NCBI GenBank assembly: GCA_964019425.1
Contig: OZ025794.1
Coordinates: forward strand, 1,364,001-1,428,000
Origin: Flectonema sp. DT1601
Lineage: Eukaryota
Length of the DNA stretch: 64,000 nt
Direction: 5' to 3'
In this document: positions 33,837-45,450 of the stretch, piece by piece
Position numbering within the stretch: the first letter of the stretch is position 1
Layout of the letters: each line of letters starts with the position of its first letter
The notes under the pieces: generated by a model
What the model was told of the DNA's origin: nothing
Databases searched by the model: none
The model's input: the letters and a program-made list of their open reading frames with translations, nothing else
Program-made: the position numbers and the translations under genes

Positions 33837-36531
33837 ATGTCTAAAAGCGAAGCAGTTAAAGTAATGATTAGGGTGCGGCCTTTCAACAGCCGAGAGATGA
33901 AGACATGTGGAAATGGTGAGTTTCCAATGTCGATAATATATATGCACCCAGAAGATGAGAAGGTCGACGTACTCGCAGCAGACGGATCGATAGCTGACAC
34001 TTATGAGTTTGGGAAGGCTTTCTGGTCTATTCCGGAGTCACAAAAACAGATCTGCTCAAAACCATTTGCTGACCAAGAAGGAGTGTTTCAAGAAATGGGT
34101 ATCAGTACAGTAGAGTCTGCTCTTGAAGGTTATCACAGTTGTATTTTTGCTTACGGACAGACTGGTTCTGGTAAGACGTACACCATGCTTGGATCCCCTA
34201 CTGATCCTGGTGTCGCACCAAAGCTTGTCGACCATCTTTACGAACAACTTGAAACAGCCAACAAGCGAGGCTGGAAATACGAAATTGACTTATCCTTCAT
34301 GGAGATTTACAATGAAAAGGTAAAGGATTTACTCTTAGAAATCAACGTTGGATCCCCTAAACGTCGCAAATCAAGTAAAAGTCCCAGCTCTCCCGCATCA
34401 CCAAAAGGTTCACCAAAAGGTAAAGATCAATATGCGGCACTTAAAGTTCGTCAAGATAAGTTGATTGGTGTTCACGTTGCTGGTCTCACAAGATTAGGTA
34501 AGGCGGATGGGATGCAAGATGCTGAATCAGTTAAAAAGGTTATGAAGTTTGGTATGGAGCATAGAGCTGTTGCTGAAACAAAGATGAACGCAACATCATC
34601 GAGAAGTCACGCAGTGTTTCAGTTGTGCATAACAGCTAAGAATACACAAAAGGGTATAAATAGATACTCGCATATTAATATCGTCGATTTAGCCGGAAGT
34701 GAAAAGATAAACATGAGTGGAGCCCAGGGAGCAACCTTAGTTGAGGCTACCAGGATTAATTTATCCTTAACTACTTTGAGACGTGTCATTGATGCCCTCA
34801 TTCAAAACGCTACTGCAAAGGCTAAAGTACTTCCTCCATACAGAGACTCAATGTTGACATATATATTGTCAGAGTCTCTTGGAGGTAACAGTAATACTAT
34901 GATGCTTGCTACTATTTCACCATCAGAGATGAATAGAGAGGATACAATTAATACTTTAAGATACGCCATGAAAGCAAAATCCATCGTAAACACTGTTAGA
35001 CGTAACGAACAAAAACAAGAGACAAAAGTTGGTCATTTCGCTGCAGAGATTAATGCCCTTCGTCAACAACTTGTAGATGAGGATCCTGACGTACAAGAGT
35101 ATGAAGATCTGAAGAGTGATTTAGCGAGAAAACAAACCGCAATGTCTGCGGAGATACTTAAAATGAAAGAATCACAAGCTGAAATGGAAGACAGAAAGCA
35201 ATCAATCGTAGCTGCTTCCAGACGTAAAACAGAAGTAGAAGACGAGTTCAAAGCACTCAAACAAGAAGGCCTCGTAGAAAAGCATCGAATCCAAGAAGAG
35301 GAAGCTCGCGTACAGGAATTAGAAACCCAACGACTCCGTGATCTTCAACGCGAAGTCGCTCTCAGAGACGAACAAGCCGAAGCAAAATTAATTGAAGAAG
35401 CTCGTGTCAAGGCTGAGCTGGAAGAACAGAAGCAAGAAACAATCGAAACCCACGCTGCTCTACAAACTGATATTAATATTCTGAACAAGAGAAAGTTTGC
35501 TCTGGCATTTAAGAAAGCATTCATGCTAACAAAGGTTTCCGATAATAAAGGACATCTCAAGGGTCAGGTAGCCAGCTTAGTCGTTGAAATTGCAAAATGT
35601 GAAGAAGAAATTAAAAAAGTAGAAGAAAGCACGATAAGAACTCAAATAAGCACTCGAAGCATGGAAGCAGACATCCGTTACAGTTATGAAAAGTGTGAAG
35701 AGATTGAAACATCAACAACATTACAAGACCTTCAATCTCAAGCAGATGAAAGTCGTCTGTCTGGCGAAGAGCTGGAAACGGAAAACAACATTCTTCTGGA
35801 GAACTTATCAGAATTAAGAATCAAAGTTGGTACGTTAGAAAGAAGTAAAGCAAACGCAGTCGAAAGGTTGTTTACTAAACAGTGTGAGATCAATAGAAAA
35901 ACTGAGATGGCAAAGTCTATCAAAATTCGTCTTGAGGACAACCTAAAAGCAGTTCAAAGAGAGCTCTCAGACACTCGTGATGAAGTAAGACATGCTCGTA
36001 CTCTTCGTGAGAAGGCCAGAACTGGATCTGATTCTATCAAAACTAAGAAGCACCGCATGCTAATGGAAGCCGATGAACTGAATGAAAGAAATGAAGCACT
36101 CCACCTAGCACTCGATACTAACATGGGTCAACTTCACACTCAAACAAGAAGAGTATGTTTTCACGTTATCTCAATTAAACTTAAAGCTTCTATTAAACAA
36201 CACAATCAAAACAATAACATCAACTCAGCTTCAAGGACTCCACGAGGAATCAAAACCATTGGGAGATGAGATGAGGTTCAAGTCCATGTTACTGCAACTG
36301 GGATATGGCAGAGTCGCATCTAATGGTGGAAGGTATGCAGAACTCACTTTGTTGAGTAATCTTTTGTAATCCTTCTTAAATTAAATAACAAACAGAATCG
36401 CGACTCGCCCTGTTCCCTTCAATGCAAATTACCATTCTCCTTCACCATCACCTGTTCGTAGTGAGAATGGAGGAGTTCATCTCTCACCGAGAAGTAGTAG
36501 AGGATCACCATCTTTAAATGATCGAATGTAA
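33837..36531 (+). CDS. Kinesin with N-terminal motor (kinesin-3-like) and coiled-coil tail; exons 33837-36152, 36229-36332, 36396-36531
   Basis: VRPFN.RE, FAYGQTGSGKTYTM (P-loop), MNATSSRSHAVF, VDLAGSE and PYRDSMLT..L.ESLGGNS. Two introns splice in frame to TAA at 36529-36531. Confidence 0.93.
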
Positions 36532-36970
36532 ACAGTGAAACCATTGAATACTTTACCAGTTTTAGTTTGAGTTGTGGAAGTATCCGAAAGGACAATAGCT
36601 TCCCCTCATTGCGTGTACACGGATGACACGAGTTCTCCGAAGTGCGGTAGTCACCCTATTGTATCCCTTCTGTTACCACTTATAGTCTCATTTAGTTAAA
36701 GACGATCCCTTAGTGAGGGTTATTATGATGTAGATTGACACTTACCTGTCACACTACCACCTGTATCCAATTTATTTATTTATTTATATCAATTGTTTGT
36801 TTCTCTATTCACAAGTTCCTTCGTTGTTTTTTCTTCTTCTTTTTTTTTTTTTTGTGGTCTCGTTCGTTGGAATGACGAGAGAAAATTAACACCAGGTAAA
36901 CGAGACGTGGTAAGAAGAGGTTTTTTTTTTTTTCTTCTTTCTTTTCTTTTTCTACGGGTTAGCAGTTGCT

Positions 36971-37066
36971 AATTGCGTGTGATGAATGACAGGTGAGATG
37001 TTCTGTTTTAATAGCAATCCTCCACCAGTCAGTCAAGTCACGGTTACGTAAGACTGAGGTGTAATT
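36971..37066 (+). ncRNA. Candidate box C/D snoRNA
   Basis: GTGATGA (36979-36985) and CTGA (37054-37057), flanked by AATTGCGT/GTGTAATT that can pair with G-U wobbles; no clear C'/D' boxes. Confidence 0.25.
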
Positions 37067-38011
37067 AAAATGCTTCTCACTTAGAGGCAATAATGTAGGG
37101 TGTTGGGTGTTGTTAAGGGACAAGGAACACAACTTCACAATCCTGTCCCTGTGCGAGTACCATTACAGTTTTTCTGTTATTTTTTGTATTCGTTGAAAGG
37201 GATGGCTGAGGCCTTCTCAATACCCAAGTATTGTACTTCGGTGGTGGTTTTTTTTATTTTCTTATTTTTATTTTTCGCATTTAACAAGTATTGTAAGAAC
37301 GAAGTCGAGAATGTTGACAGCTATGTTTGATAAACTTCCTTTAGCTTTATCGTTTGTAGTTTAATTCAGTTCACGGTTTCGTGCACAAACAAACAGGCTT
37401 GTCTTTTTTTCTCTCTTCAACAGGCTATTCATTTCAGCTTCAGAAAGTGGTTTTTATTTTTCGCACAAACTTGTAGTGGTAGGGAGGGGGGGATTTTTTT
37501 TTATTATTTTTTTTTTTTTTTGTTAGTATCTTTTCGAGACGGGAAGCCTTCCCAAAATATTAATTTTTGCAGTTATTTCCCTTTTATGAAAGTTCACAGT
37601 ATTGTTCAATAGACTCGTAAGAAATGTTGAATGGACACACCAGACTGTGTATACTGACTACGTATGTACTTGTCATTTGTTGTATTGTTTTTTTTCTTCT
37701 TTTCCCCCTTCAAATTTTCTTTTGTTCGATTTGTTGCAGAACAGTTTTCCAAGACGCCCCTCATCTTGTATTATTCACGTATTAGTGATTTCCCGAGCCA
37801 GACGGGTTCGATCCCGCCTCAGCTCCGTGCGATTTCGTAATAATCCATAAAACTAATATCTGACGAGAGTTATTTGTTACCTACAGGAGTTGTTACAGAA
37901 TTAAATTATCCGTTCACTAAATTAAGTGTTGTATAGCTTCTGACGTTTACCTTTCGGTATTGATAACTAAACTTTCTAACTCTTTTCTTTTCAGTCAGAC
38001 AAGTCCAGAAG

Positions 38012-41000
38012 ATGACTCGAAGAGGAGTTGGTAGCGGCATCAAGCCCAAGAGTTTCGACGATCTTGCAGCAGCATTCGATGACGACGATGATGAAAGTGA
38101 GGAAGAAGCCCCACTGACAGCAAAGGAGATGTTGGATGCAGAAACAGCCAGAAAAAAGAAAAGAAGAGCAAAAACTACCCGAGAAGAGAAGAAAAAGAAA
38201 CGACCACCGATGCCTGCGGCACCACCCCTACCAACAACAGTTGAGACACCAGAGAAGAATAAGTCGCAACTTTCATTTAAACAATCGCATACTGTTGGTG
38301 GGTTGTCAGGTCTTCACAGTGATGATGAAGAAGATGATGTTACTAAATATCTTAAAGAGAAACATCAAAACTCTGATGGTTCGGGAGACGAGAACTCCCC
38401 GACAGGTGTAAGTTCGCTATTCTTCAGCGACGCACCTGAGGAAACGAAGACGGCGAAAAAGAGATCAGCCCCTGACGCTGAACAGGAAGGCGAATACATG
38501 ACTGACGCACAAGCAACAACCGCTCGCGTCAACCAAAAGTCAAAGCAGCCACAACAGCAACAAAAACAACAGCAGTCAGGAAGAAATTTCACCGTCAGAG
38601 AGACAAAGAAGCTTGAGGAGGTAAAACCCGTTGCATTTAATTTTTCTGGGGGTCCTACCAACCAATCGAAAATATCAACTTCAGCAACCACAGTAAACCC
38701 TGACAACTTACTCTTTTACTGGCTTGATGCCAGAGAAGATGGTTCAGGTCTTCTTGGTACTGGAGGACATAATAGTCCAGGAACTGTTTATTTATTTGGT
38801 AAAATAATAGTTGGAGGCCGAGCAGAGTCTTGTTGTTTAAGAGTTGGTGGGTTACAAAGACAGGTCTTTATGCTTCCAAGAACTGACGTAGAAGTCATTG
38901 ATGCACAAAGAGAAGTCAGCAGACTATGCAGCGAGAGGGGGATTAGCAAGCGACGTGTTGATGTTCGAGATCGTTGGTATGCTTTCGAAGATGATGGGAT
39001 TCCGAGAGATGTGTCAAAATGGATAAAACTATCCTACGATCCTTCTTATAGAGAACTTGGTATTACTCCCAACCACAGTACTGACGTTCAAAAATATCTG
39101 AATTCCGTAACCCACGCCTTTGGTGACAACAGATCATTCCTTGAAATGTTTCTTCTGAAGAAAAGATTAAAAGGACCATCTTGGATTGAAATCCCGAGAT
39201 CTGCTCTTACTAAACTAACACCAGGTGAGCAAACTAGTCATTGCAGATCTGAGTATTTAGTAAGTACTTACAAGGCGATGAAAACTAATTTGATACAGCC
39301 TCCTGTACCACCAAAATTAAAAGTTATATCAGTCTCTCTTCACACTTACATGAATGAAAGGAACTCAACGAATGAGATTATTGGGATTTCGTGTGTTAGC
39401 TACGTAGATGTTGATGTAGAGAAACCTGCAAGTCAGAGTGACCGTGCTCATCGTTGGGCAGGTATCCGACCAGGAGGTGACTTACCGAGACTTCCTGCTC
39501 CGCACATGATCGATTCATTTTTCAAATCGAGAAGCGTTGCAACTCCGGCACAATTTCACTCCGAGTCACAACTGCTGTCGTCATTCTTAAATATTATTCA
39601 AACTGAAGACCCGGATATGTTTATTGGTCACAATTTCCTATCCTACGATTTGGACGTCCTCCTCCATCGAATGTCACATCACAAAATCCCCAACTGGGAC
39701 ACTCTTGGTAGACTTCGTCTCAAACATATGCCTCGACTTCAATCTGGTGTTGGTGGTAGTGGTGATTCTACTTGGGAAGAGAGATCAATATTAGCAGGAA
39801 GGTTAGTAGCTGATACTTATTTACTTTCGAAGGAGTACTACGGCAGGGCTGAGAACTATAAACTTCGACAGCTCGCTTGTGAACTAAAGCTTGGAGTTAC
39901 TGAAGACACACTTCAAGTACCTGACTACGTTAGTAACGGAACTGAATTAGATACTGTTGAGTTATTATTTCATATTATCAGCAGAACTGATGAGAAGTCA
40001 GGATTAGCATTCAAACTCGCAGATTCACTTCAAGCAATTCAGTTAACAAAACGACTAACCTTTTTAGCTGGTAATCTTTGGTCAAGAACACTTACAGGAT
40101 CAAGAGCAGAACGAACTGAGTACTTGTTAATGCACGATTTCTATAACCAGAAATATGTTCTTCCTGATAGGAGAGCTGCTCGTACAAAAACAACAAAGAG
40201 AAAAGCAAAATACAGCGGAGGAATGGTTTTAGAACCGAAGAAAGGATTGTACACGGATTACGTTCTTCTGCTTGATTTTAATTCACTTTATCCATCAATT
40301 ATTCAGGAATATCAAATTTGTTTTTCAACTGTCTCGCGTACTTCTGATGAAGATGACGAAAGTGTTCCAGCTGTTCCTCAATCAGAATCTCTCTCATGTT
40401 CAAAGTGTCGCGACAATTCAAAAAATTGCACTCATAAATGTATTCTTCCGAAAGCAATTAAAGGTCTCGTTGATGATCGACGTCAAGTTAAAAAACTATT
40501 ATCATCAGAACGAAACCCAGACATGCGTGCCCAGTATGATATTATTCAAAAGGCATTAAAGTTAACAGCTAACAGTATTTATGGTTGTCTTGGTTTTGAA
40601 CACAGCAGATTCTATGCGCAGAAGTTAGCAATGATGGTGACCTACCAAGGTATTGTATTTTAGTTATTCTGGTATGAACGGAGAGAAGAAAAAAAAAAAA
40701 AAAAAAACATCAACAGGACGAGAAGCTCTCGCAACTACCATCGATCTTGTCCACCAGCTACCAGAACATAATTTAAATGTTGTTTATGGAGATACAGATT
40801 CAGTTATGGTAGACTGCGGTATTCCTAACACGGCACCAGTACAACAAGCGATTGATAAAGCAAATGTTGTAAAGAGAGCTGTGAATAGTAAATATAATAG
40901 TTTAGAGATTGATATCGATGGAATATATAAAAGTATTCTACTCGTTAGAAAAAAGAAATACGCTGCAATGACGATGGATCCTTCAGGACAATCTCACAGA

Positions 41001-42200
41001 GAAGTTAAAGGTTTAGATCTGGTTAGACGAGACTGGTGTTCATACACGTCAGATGCTCAAACTGTTATATTGGATTTTATTTTAAGTGGCGAAGAAGAAG
41101 AAGTCGTTCGCGAAAACATTTTAAAATACCTGGAGGACTTAGCAGCTGAGGTTCGATCACCAGAAGCTCGTCTTGAGCGTTTTATTATAACAAAATCACT
41201 AACAAAAGACCCTTCTGGGTATGTTGACGGAACATCACAACCTCACGTTGTAGTAGCCCAACGTCTACAACAAAATAAAATTCCAGTTAAGGTTGGTGAT
41301 TTTATTCAGTACATAATATGTACGGGAAGTCATTCAGAAAAACTTAGCGCTAGAGCGTTTACTCCTGAGGAAATAATTCATCACAATAAGACAATAGATA
41401 AAGAGTGGTATTTAATGCAACAGTTTCATCCTCCGATTTCAAGATTATGTGAACACATTGCAGGTCTTGATAGTCACATATTACAACACAGTTTAGGATT
41501 AGAAGTAACTGAACCAACCAACGCTATTGAAGCAACAGATAAAGAAACATCAGAATATCTAATCACAGCACCATCGTTGTATAGAAATTTATCTGAGAGA
41601 TTCTACCCGCTGGCGATTCCTTTGAATGCTTGTAAGAAGTGTGGTGTAGTACCAGAAACAGGTCTCGATACTCATCATATAATTAAAGAAAGACTTCTTA
41701 ATTGGAATGATAAGTGTATAGCTGGATCAGGATTGTTTGTTTGTTTGAAGTGTGGAGAGCACATCGATCTTAAACAGGTATCTCAAACAGTGGTAAGCGA
41801 GATTCGTCGACGTCAGCGAGAGTATGCTGCGTGTCCTGTTGGGTATGAGTGTGATTACATACCAGATGATCAAGACTACATTACAGATAGACATATCAGA
41901 GATTATGTTGATTTTGTTAAAGCTTTATTCAACATGCCTGAATGGTTTAGAGTAGTACTTCAGTTAATTCAAAGCGTTCCAATAGAAAAGATCACAACTA
42001 TCACTGGAAGGGGAAGTTCATATTCACCTGACTTTCTTCAAAAGGAAGTTCTTGAGAAGGTCTATGCTCTCCTTAGTGATGATGAATTAAATCAAGTTCA
42101 TTCTGTAATTGAATACGTTGAGCCACTCGCTAAACAATATGCGAGATCATCCATAAACATTGGATCACTATTCGCTAATGTCACTCGATACACTCTCTAG
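38012..42200 (+). CDS. POLA1: DNA polymerase alpha catalytic subunit; exons 38012-40649, 40717-42200
   Basis: FYWLDA.E, GNLWSRTL.G.RAER.EYLL.H.F, YSGG.VLEPKKGLY, LLDFNSLYPSIIQEY, QKALKLTANS.YGCLG, VYGDTDS, KKKYAA and KGLD.VRRDW. Splicing gives TYQ-GREAL. Confidence 0.96.
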
Positions 42201-42528
42201 TTTGAATGACTTCCTTCCAATAAGTTGTGTTTATTAAGACACAACCTTCTCTTTGTCAATGGGAATGCATTACGGTTTCCTTAGATTTTCTGTACTCAAA
42301 ATGTTTTTTTTTTTAATAGTTTTCTTATGTTTTTTTAAAAAAAAAAAGTTTGTAGTGTTAAACGAACATCTTTTTCTTAATACGAAATGAAACAACTAAT
42401 GAGACAAGCATTCCTTTATCAGAATACAAGCAGTCTTATGAAGAAGAGTTCAGGTTCCCTCCCCAACCAAGTTCGATGTATTTTGTTTGTTTTCCTGTTA
42501 ACACACCACACAGTAATCGTTTAGAAAG

Positions 42529-43071
42529 ATGCTTCAGAAAACAACATGTGGATCAGGTGCAGTATTACCTGGTCAGGTAATGGATGGTAAAGAACTTCAG
42601 GGAACGAGAGTAAAACTAAAAGATGGACTATACGTAAGTTGTACCACATACAATGCTCTGGGGATGGTTCATAGGGCTGGTGAGATCTTTGCTGTTGCTC
42701 ATCCGGTTGTGAAGACTGGATTTAAAATAAATGACGGAAAGCGGAGACTTGATACTAAAAGTAACTACCAACAGTCTTATGGAACTGCTGGTGGGGGAAT
42801 GTTTTGTAAACGACCTCAGAAATATCATCCAAACGCACCGAGAAATCGACTTCCTCCGATGACTGAAACCCGCAGAGCTTGCAGATATGGAGCACGTCCA
42901 CAGTCAGCTTCTACCAGTTGTGTTATAAATAATGCTCCAGACTATGCTGGTCGTTTTGTAACTGTACAACAACGAAGTTATACTCGTAAAGGAATGTATC
43001 CAACTGGTTATGCTAATCAAGGAATAGTAGCTGCTGCTACCAAGTGGCATCATCAACGAATTAAAGATTAA
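42529..43071 (+). CDS. Hypothetical basic protein (possibly axonemal microtubule-inner-protein-like); 5' end uncertain
   Basis: 180-aa ORF with SNYQQSY and TVQQRSY motifs, reminiscent of short MIP repeats (inference only). Confidence 0.5.
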   Translation: MLQKTTCGSGAVLPGQVMDGKELQGTRVKLKDGLYVSCTTYNALGMVHRAGEIFAVAHPVVKTGFKINDGKRRLDTKSNYQQSYGTAGGGMFCKRPQKYHPNAPRNRLPPMTETRRACRYGARPQSASTSCVINNAPDYAGRFVTVQQRSYTRKGMYPTGYANQGIVAAATKWHHQRIKD

Positions 43072-43570
43072 ATAGTTTTCTTTTGTCGTCTGCTGGCTCA
43101 AATTTAGTTCTTTTTGTCAAAGTGACACTTTCAATTATCACGAGACTCTCTCTGTCCCAGTTCAACTTTCTATCATATAAAGATATCCTTCCCTGCAAGC
43201 AGCTGATGGGATCGTCGCAGCCTCCCTCCTGAATAGTGACCCTTTTTCTGTCATCAGGTTTGCATCAAAGGCTCTTCGATTGAAGCCAAACGTTTTCGCT
43301 TCAATTACCGATTGGTGAGTTTTAATAAAATGCTGTACCCCTTTTTGGAAGTCATCTTTCCAAAAAAAAAAAAAACAGACACTTCTGTGGTTCTGAATTA
43401 TAGTGCTGATCCGAAACTTTCGAGAAAAAAAAAGAAAGAAAAGAAAGAAAGAAAAAAAAAAAAAAAAGCAAGTCTTGTTATTTACACTTCGAACTTGGAT
43501 ACCGTCCGTGATCGGCTCACCACTATTGCTTGTTAAGTATTATTTTCTAAAAAGGAAGATAACAAAGAAT

Positions 43571-45220
43571 ATGCATAGGAAGAGAAGGTTAGCTATCCTT
43601 AAGAAAGCAGAACTACGAGGATGTACTTTAGAACCAGCAGCGCTGAAGAGTATCGAAGGATATTTAGATAAGAATAATCACAACACAGATGATGTGATGC
43701 CTTTAATATTAGAAACCGTTGCTGAAGTAGGAGGGAGTGGTAGAATCACAAATGATGTTATGGAAGAAGTCTTACTTCGAATAGCACGAACTGGAAGTAC
43801 GGAATCAACATCTGATAAAGTCAGAGTAGTCGATCTTAAACATGTTCCTGCTTTACAATGGGATGAGAGAATAAATGGATTTACACACAAACAGACTCCA
43901 GTATTCGATACTTTACATTCTCTTTCACTCGCAAACAGACGTGTTGAAGTACAAATAGAACGATATTATGTAATTCGTCAACGACTCTTACGATGTGTTA
44001 AGTTCCAACAGTCAACACATTCTGTTTATAATGACGTCTCTTCTGCTATGATAGTCGATAAAGATACAACTGAACAACCTCCTTTATATAAATTAGCATC
44101 ACTCGAAGGAATGCCACGTACTTTATTAATGACTGTACTCGCGAGACTTTCACAAGTAGAGGATAAATATTTCTTAGAAGACGTCTCAGGTAGAATCGAA
44201 CTTACCTTTACATTCGAACCTGGATCAGATGCATATGGATATGGGATATACCACGATGGATGTATTGTAGTAGCGATTGGTAAATGGTCAGGGAATATAT
44301 TTCACTGTGAGGGTCTTGGATTTCCCCCTTCTGAAGCACGTGTTGATTCTCTTGCTGCTCTTCCAACTCTGGTTGATTTGTTTGGTTTGGCACCTCCACA
44401 AAATCAAGTCAGATCGTTGGAACAAAAATTAAACACCTCTAATCACATAATTATATTTATATCGAATATCAATCCAAGAACTGGTACTTTAAGGAGATTA
44501 TCAAATTTAATAAAAGGAATCGAGTCTGACAGCAACACTTTTACTCCGTCAGAACTAACAATTGTTATGGCTGGTGACTTCTGTGAAAACCCATTTAGAT
44601 ATGGAGACACGTTGTCAAGTGATCCAAAGATGACTAAAGAAATTAATATATTTAAGAATTGGTTTACAGAAGTTGGATCAACAATCAGATCAGCGTCAGC
44701 TGTTGTTGCAAAACAATCGACTTTTATAATAATCCCAGGGACTGGAGATCCTTCTCCGGGTTCTCAAACCTTTCCGAGAAGACCAATCCCAAGTGTGTTG
44801 ACGTCTGGTTTAACAGATCACTTGGAGAATGTTGAGTTCGCACCAAACCCTGCCAGGTTGCGATTCCTTACATCTGAGATTGTTGTTTTTAAGGAAGATC
44901 TTTATTCTAGATTAGTATCTCATGCTTTACTTCCTCCAATGAAAGAAGCTGTTCACTCATCTCTCGTTAAGACTGTTGCAGATCAGGCTCATCTTCTTCC
45001 ATTACCACCTCGATACTCAGCAGTGTGTTCTGCTCATGATAGTAGTATGACTCTTTATCCTTTACCTTCATTAGTTGTTCTTATCTCTGGTGATAAATCA
45101 TGGACTCTTACTTATAAAGGTTGTCCTTTTGCTAATCCTGGTTCCTTTAGTAGGAGTGGAACGTTCTTAATGTACAGACCAAGAGATGGTGTTCATGAAT
45201 TACAATCTGTTGGAATGTAA
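43571..45220 (+). CDS. POLE2: DNA polymerase epsilon subunit 2 (Dpb2/B subunit)
   Basis: ERY..I.QRLLR, YFLED.SG.IEL, GIY..GCIVV..G, FIIIPG.GDP, PRRPIP, NPARL, EIVVFKEDL, QAHL.PLP, LYPLP and NPGSF. ATG at 43571; the upstream in-frame part is low-complexity poly-A. Confidence 0.9.
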   Translation: MHRKRRLAILKKAELRGCTLEPAALKSIEGYLDKNNHNTDDVMPLILETVAEVGGSGRITNDVMEEVLLRIARTGSTESTSDKVRVVDLKHVPALQWDERINGFTHKQTPVFDTLHSLSLANRRVEVQIERYYVIRQRLLRCVKFQQSTHSVYNDVSSAMIVDKDTTEQPPLYKLASLEGMPRTLLMTVLARLSQVEDKYFLEDVSGRIELTFTFEPGSDAYGYGIYHDGCIVVAIGKWSGNIFHCEGLGFPPSEARVDSLAALPTLVDLFGLAPPQNQVRSLEQKLNTSNHIIIFISNINPRTGTLRRLSNLIKGIESDSNTFTPSELTIVMAGDFCENPFRYGDTLSSDPKMTKEINIFKNWFTEVGSTIRSASAVVAKQSTFIIIPGTGDPSPGSQTFPRRPIPSVLTSGLTDHLENVEFAPNPARLRFLTSEIVVFKEDLYSRLVSHALLPPMKEAVHSSLVKTVADQAHLLPLPPRYSAVCSAHDSSMTLYPLPSLVVLISGDKSWTLTYKGCPFANPGSFSRSGTFLMYRPRDGVHELQSVGM

Positions 45221-45305
45221 TTCTGATTGTAGAATTTATTATTACGCTGATTTGCATCATTTTAATATCGCATCGTTTAGAATGGTGTCGTTAAACAGTG
45301 GTGAC

Positions 45306-45333
45306 TGTTGTTGTTGTTGTTGTTGTTGTTGTT
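45306..45333. repeat. (TGT)n microsatellite
   Basis: About 9 perfect TGT units. Confidence 0.9.
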
Positions 45334-45450
45334 ATTATTTCTTTATATAAACAGATTTGACATATTATCGACGATTACTCTGAAAAACAAAAGTTAAAAA
45401 TTTCTACCAAAACTAAACAATTATCTCATTTCAATATTTCAGTAGGTGTA

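Noticed and set aside
38012..45220. Functional clustering of POLA1 and POLE2
   Set aside because: Two replication genes near each other in a functionally mixed cluster is compatible with chance; no further replication genes are adjacent.
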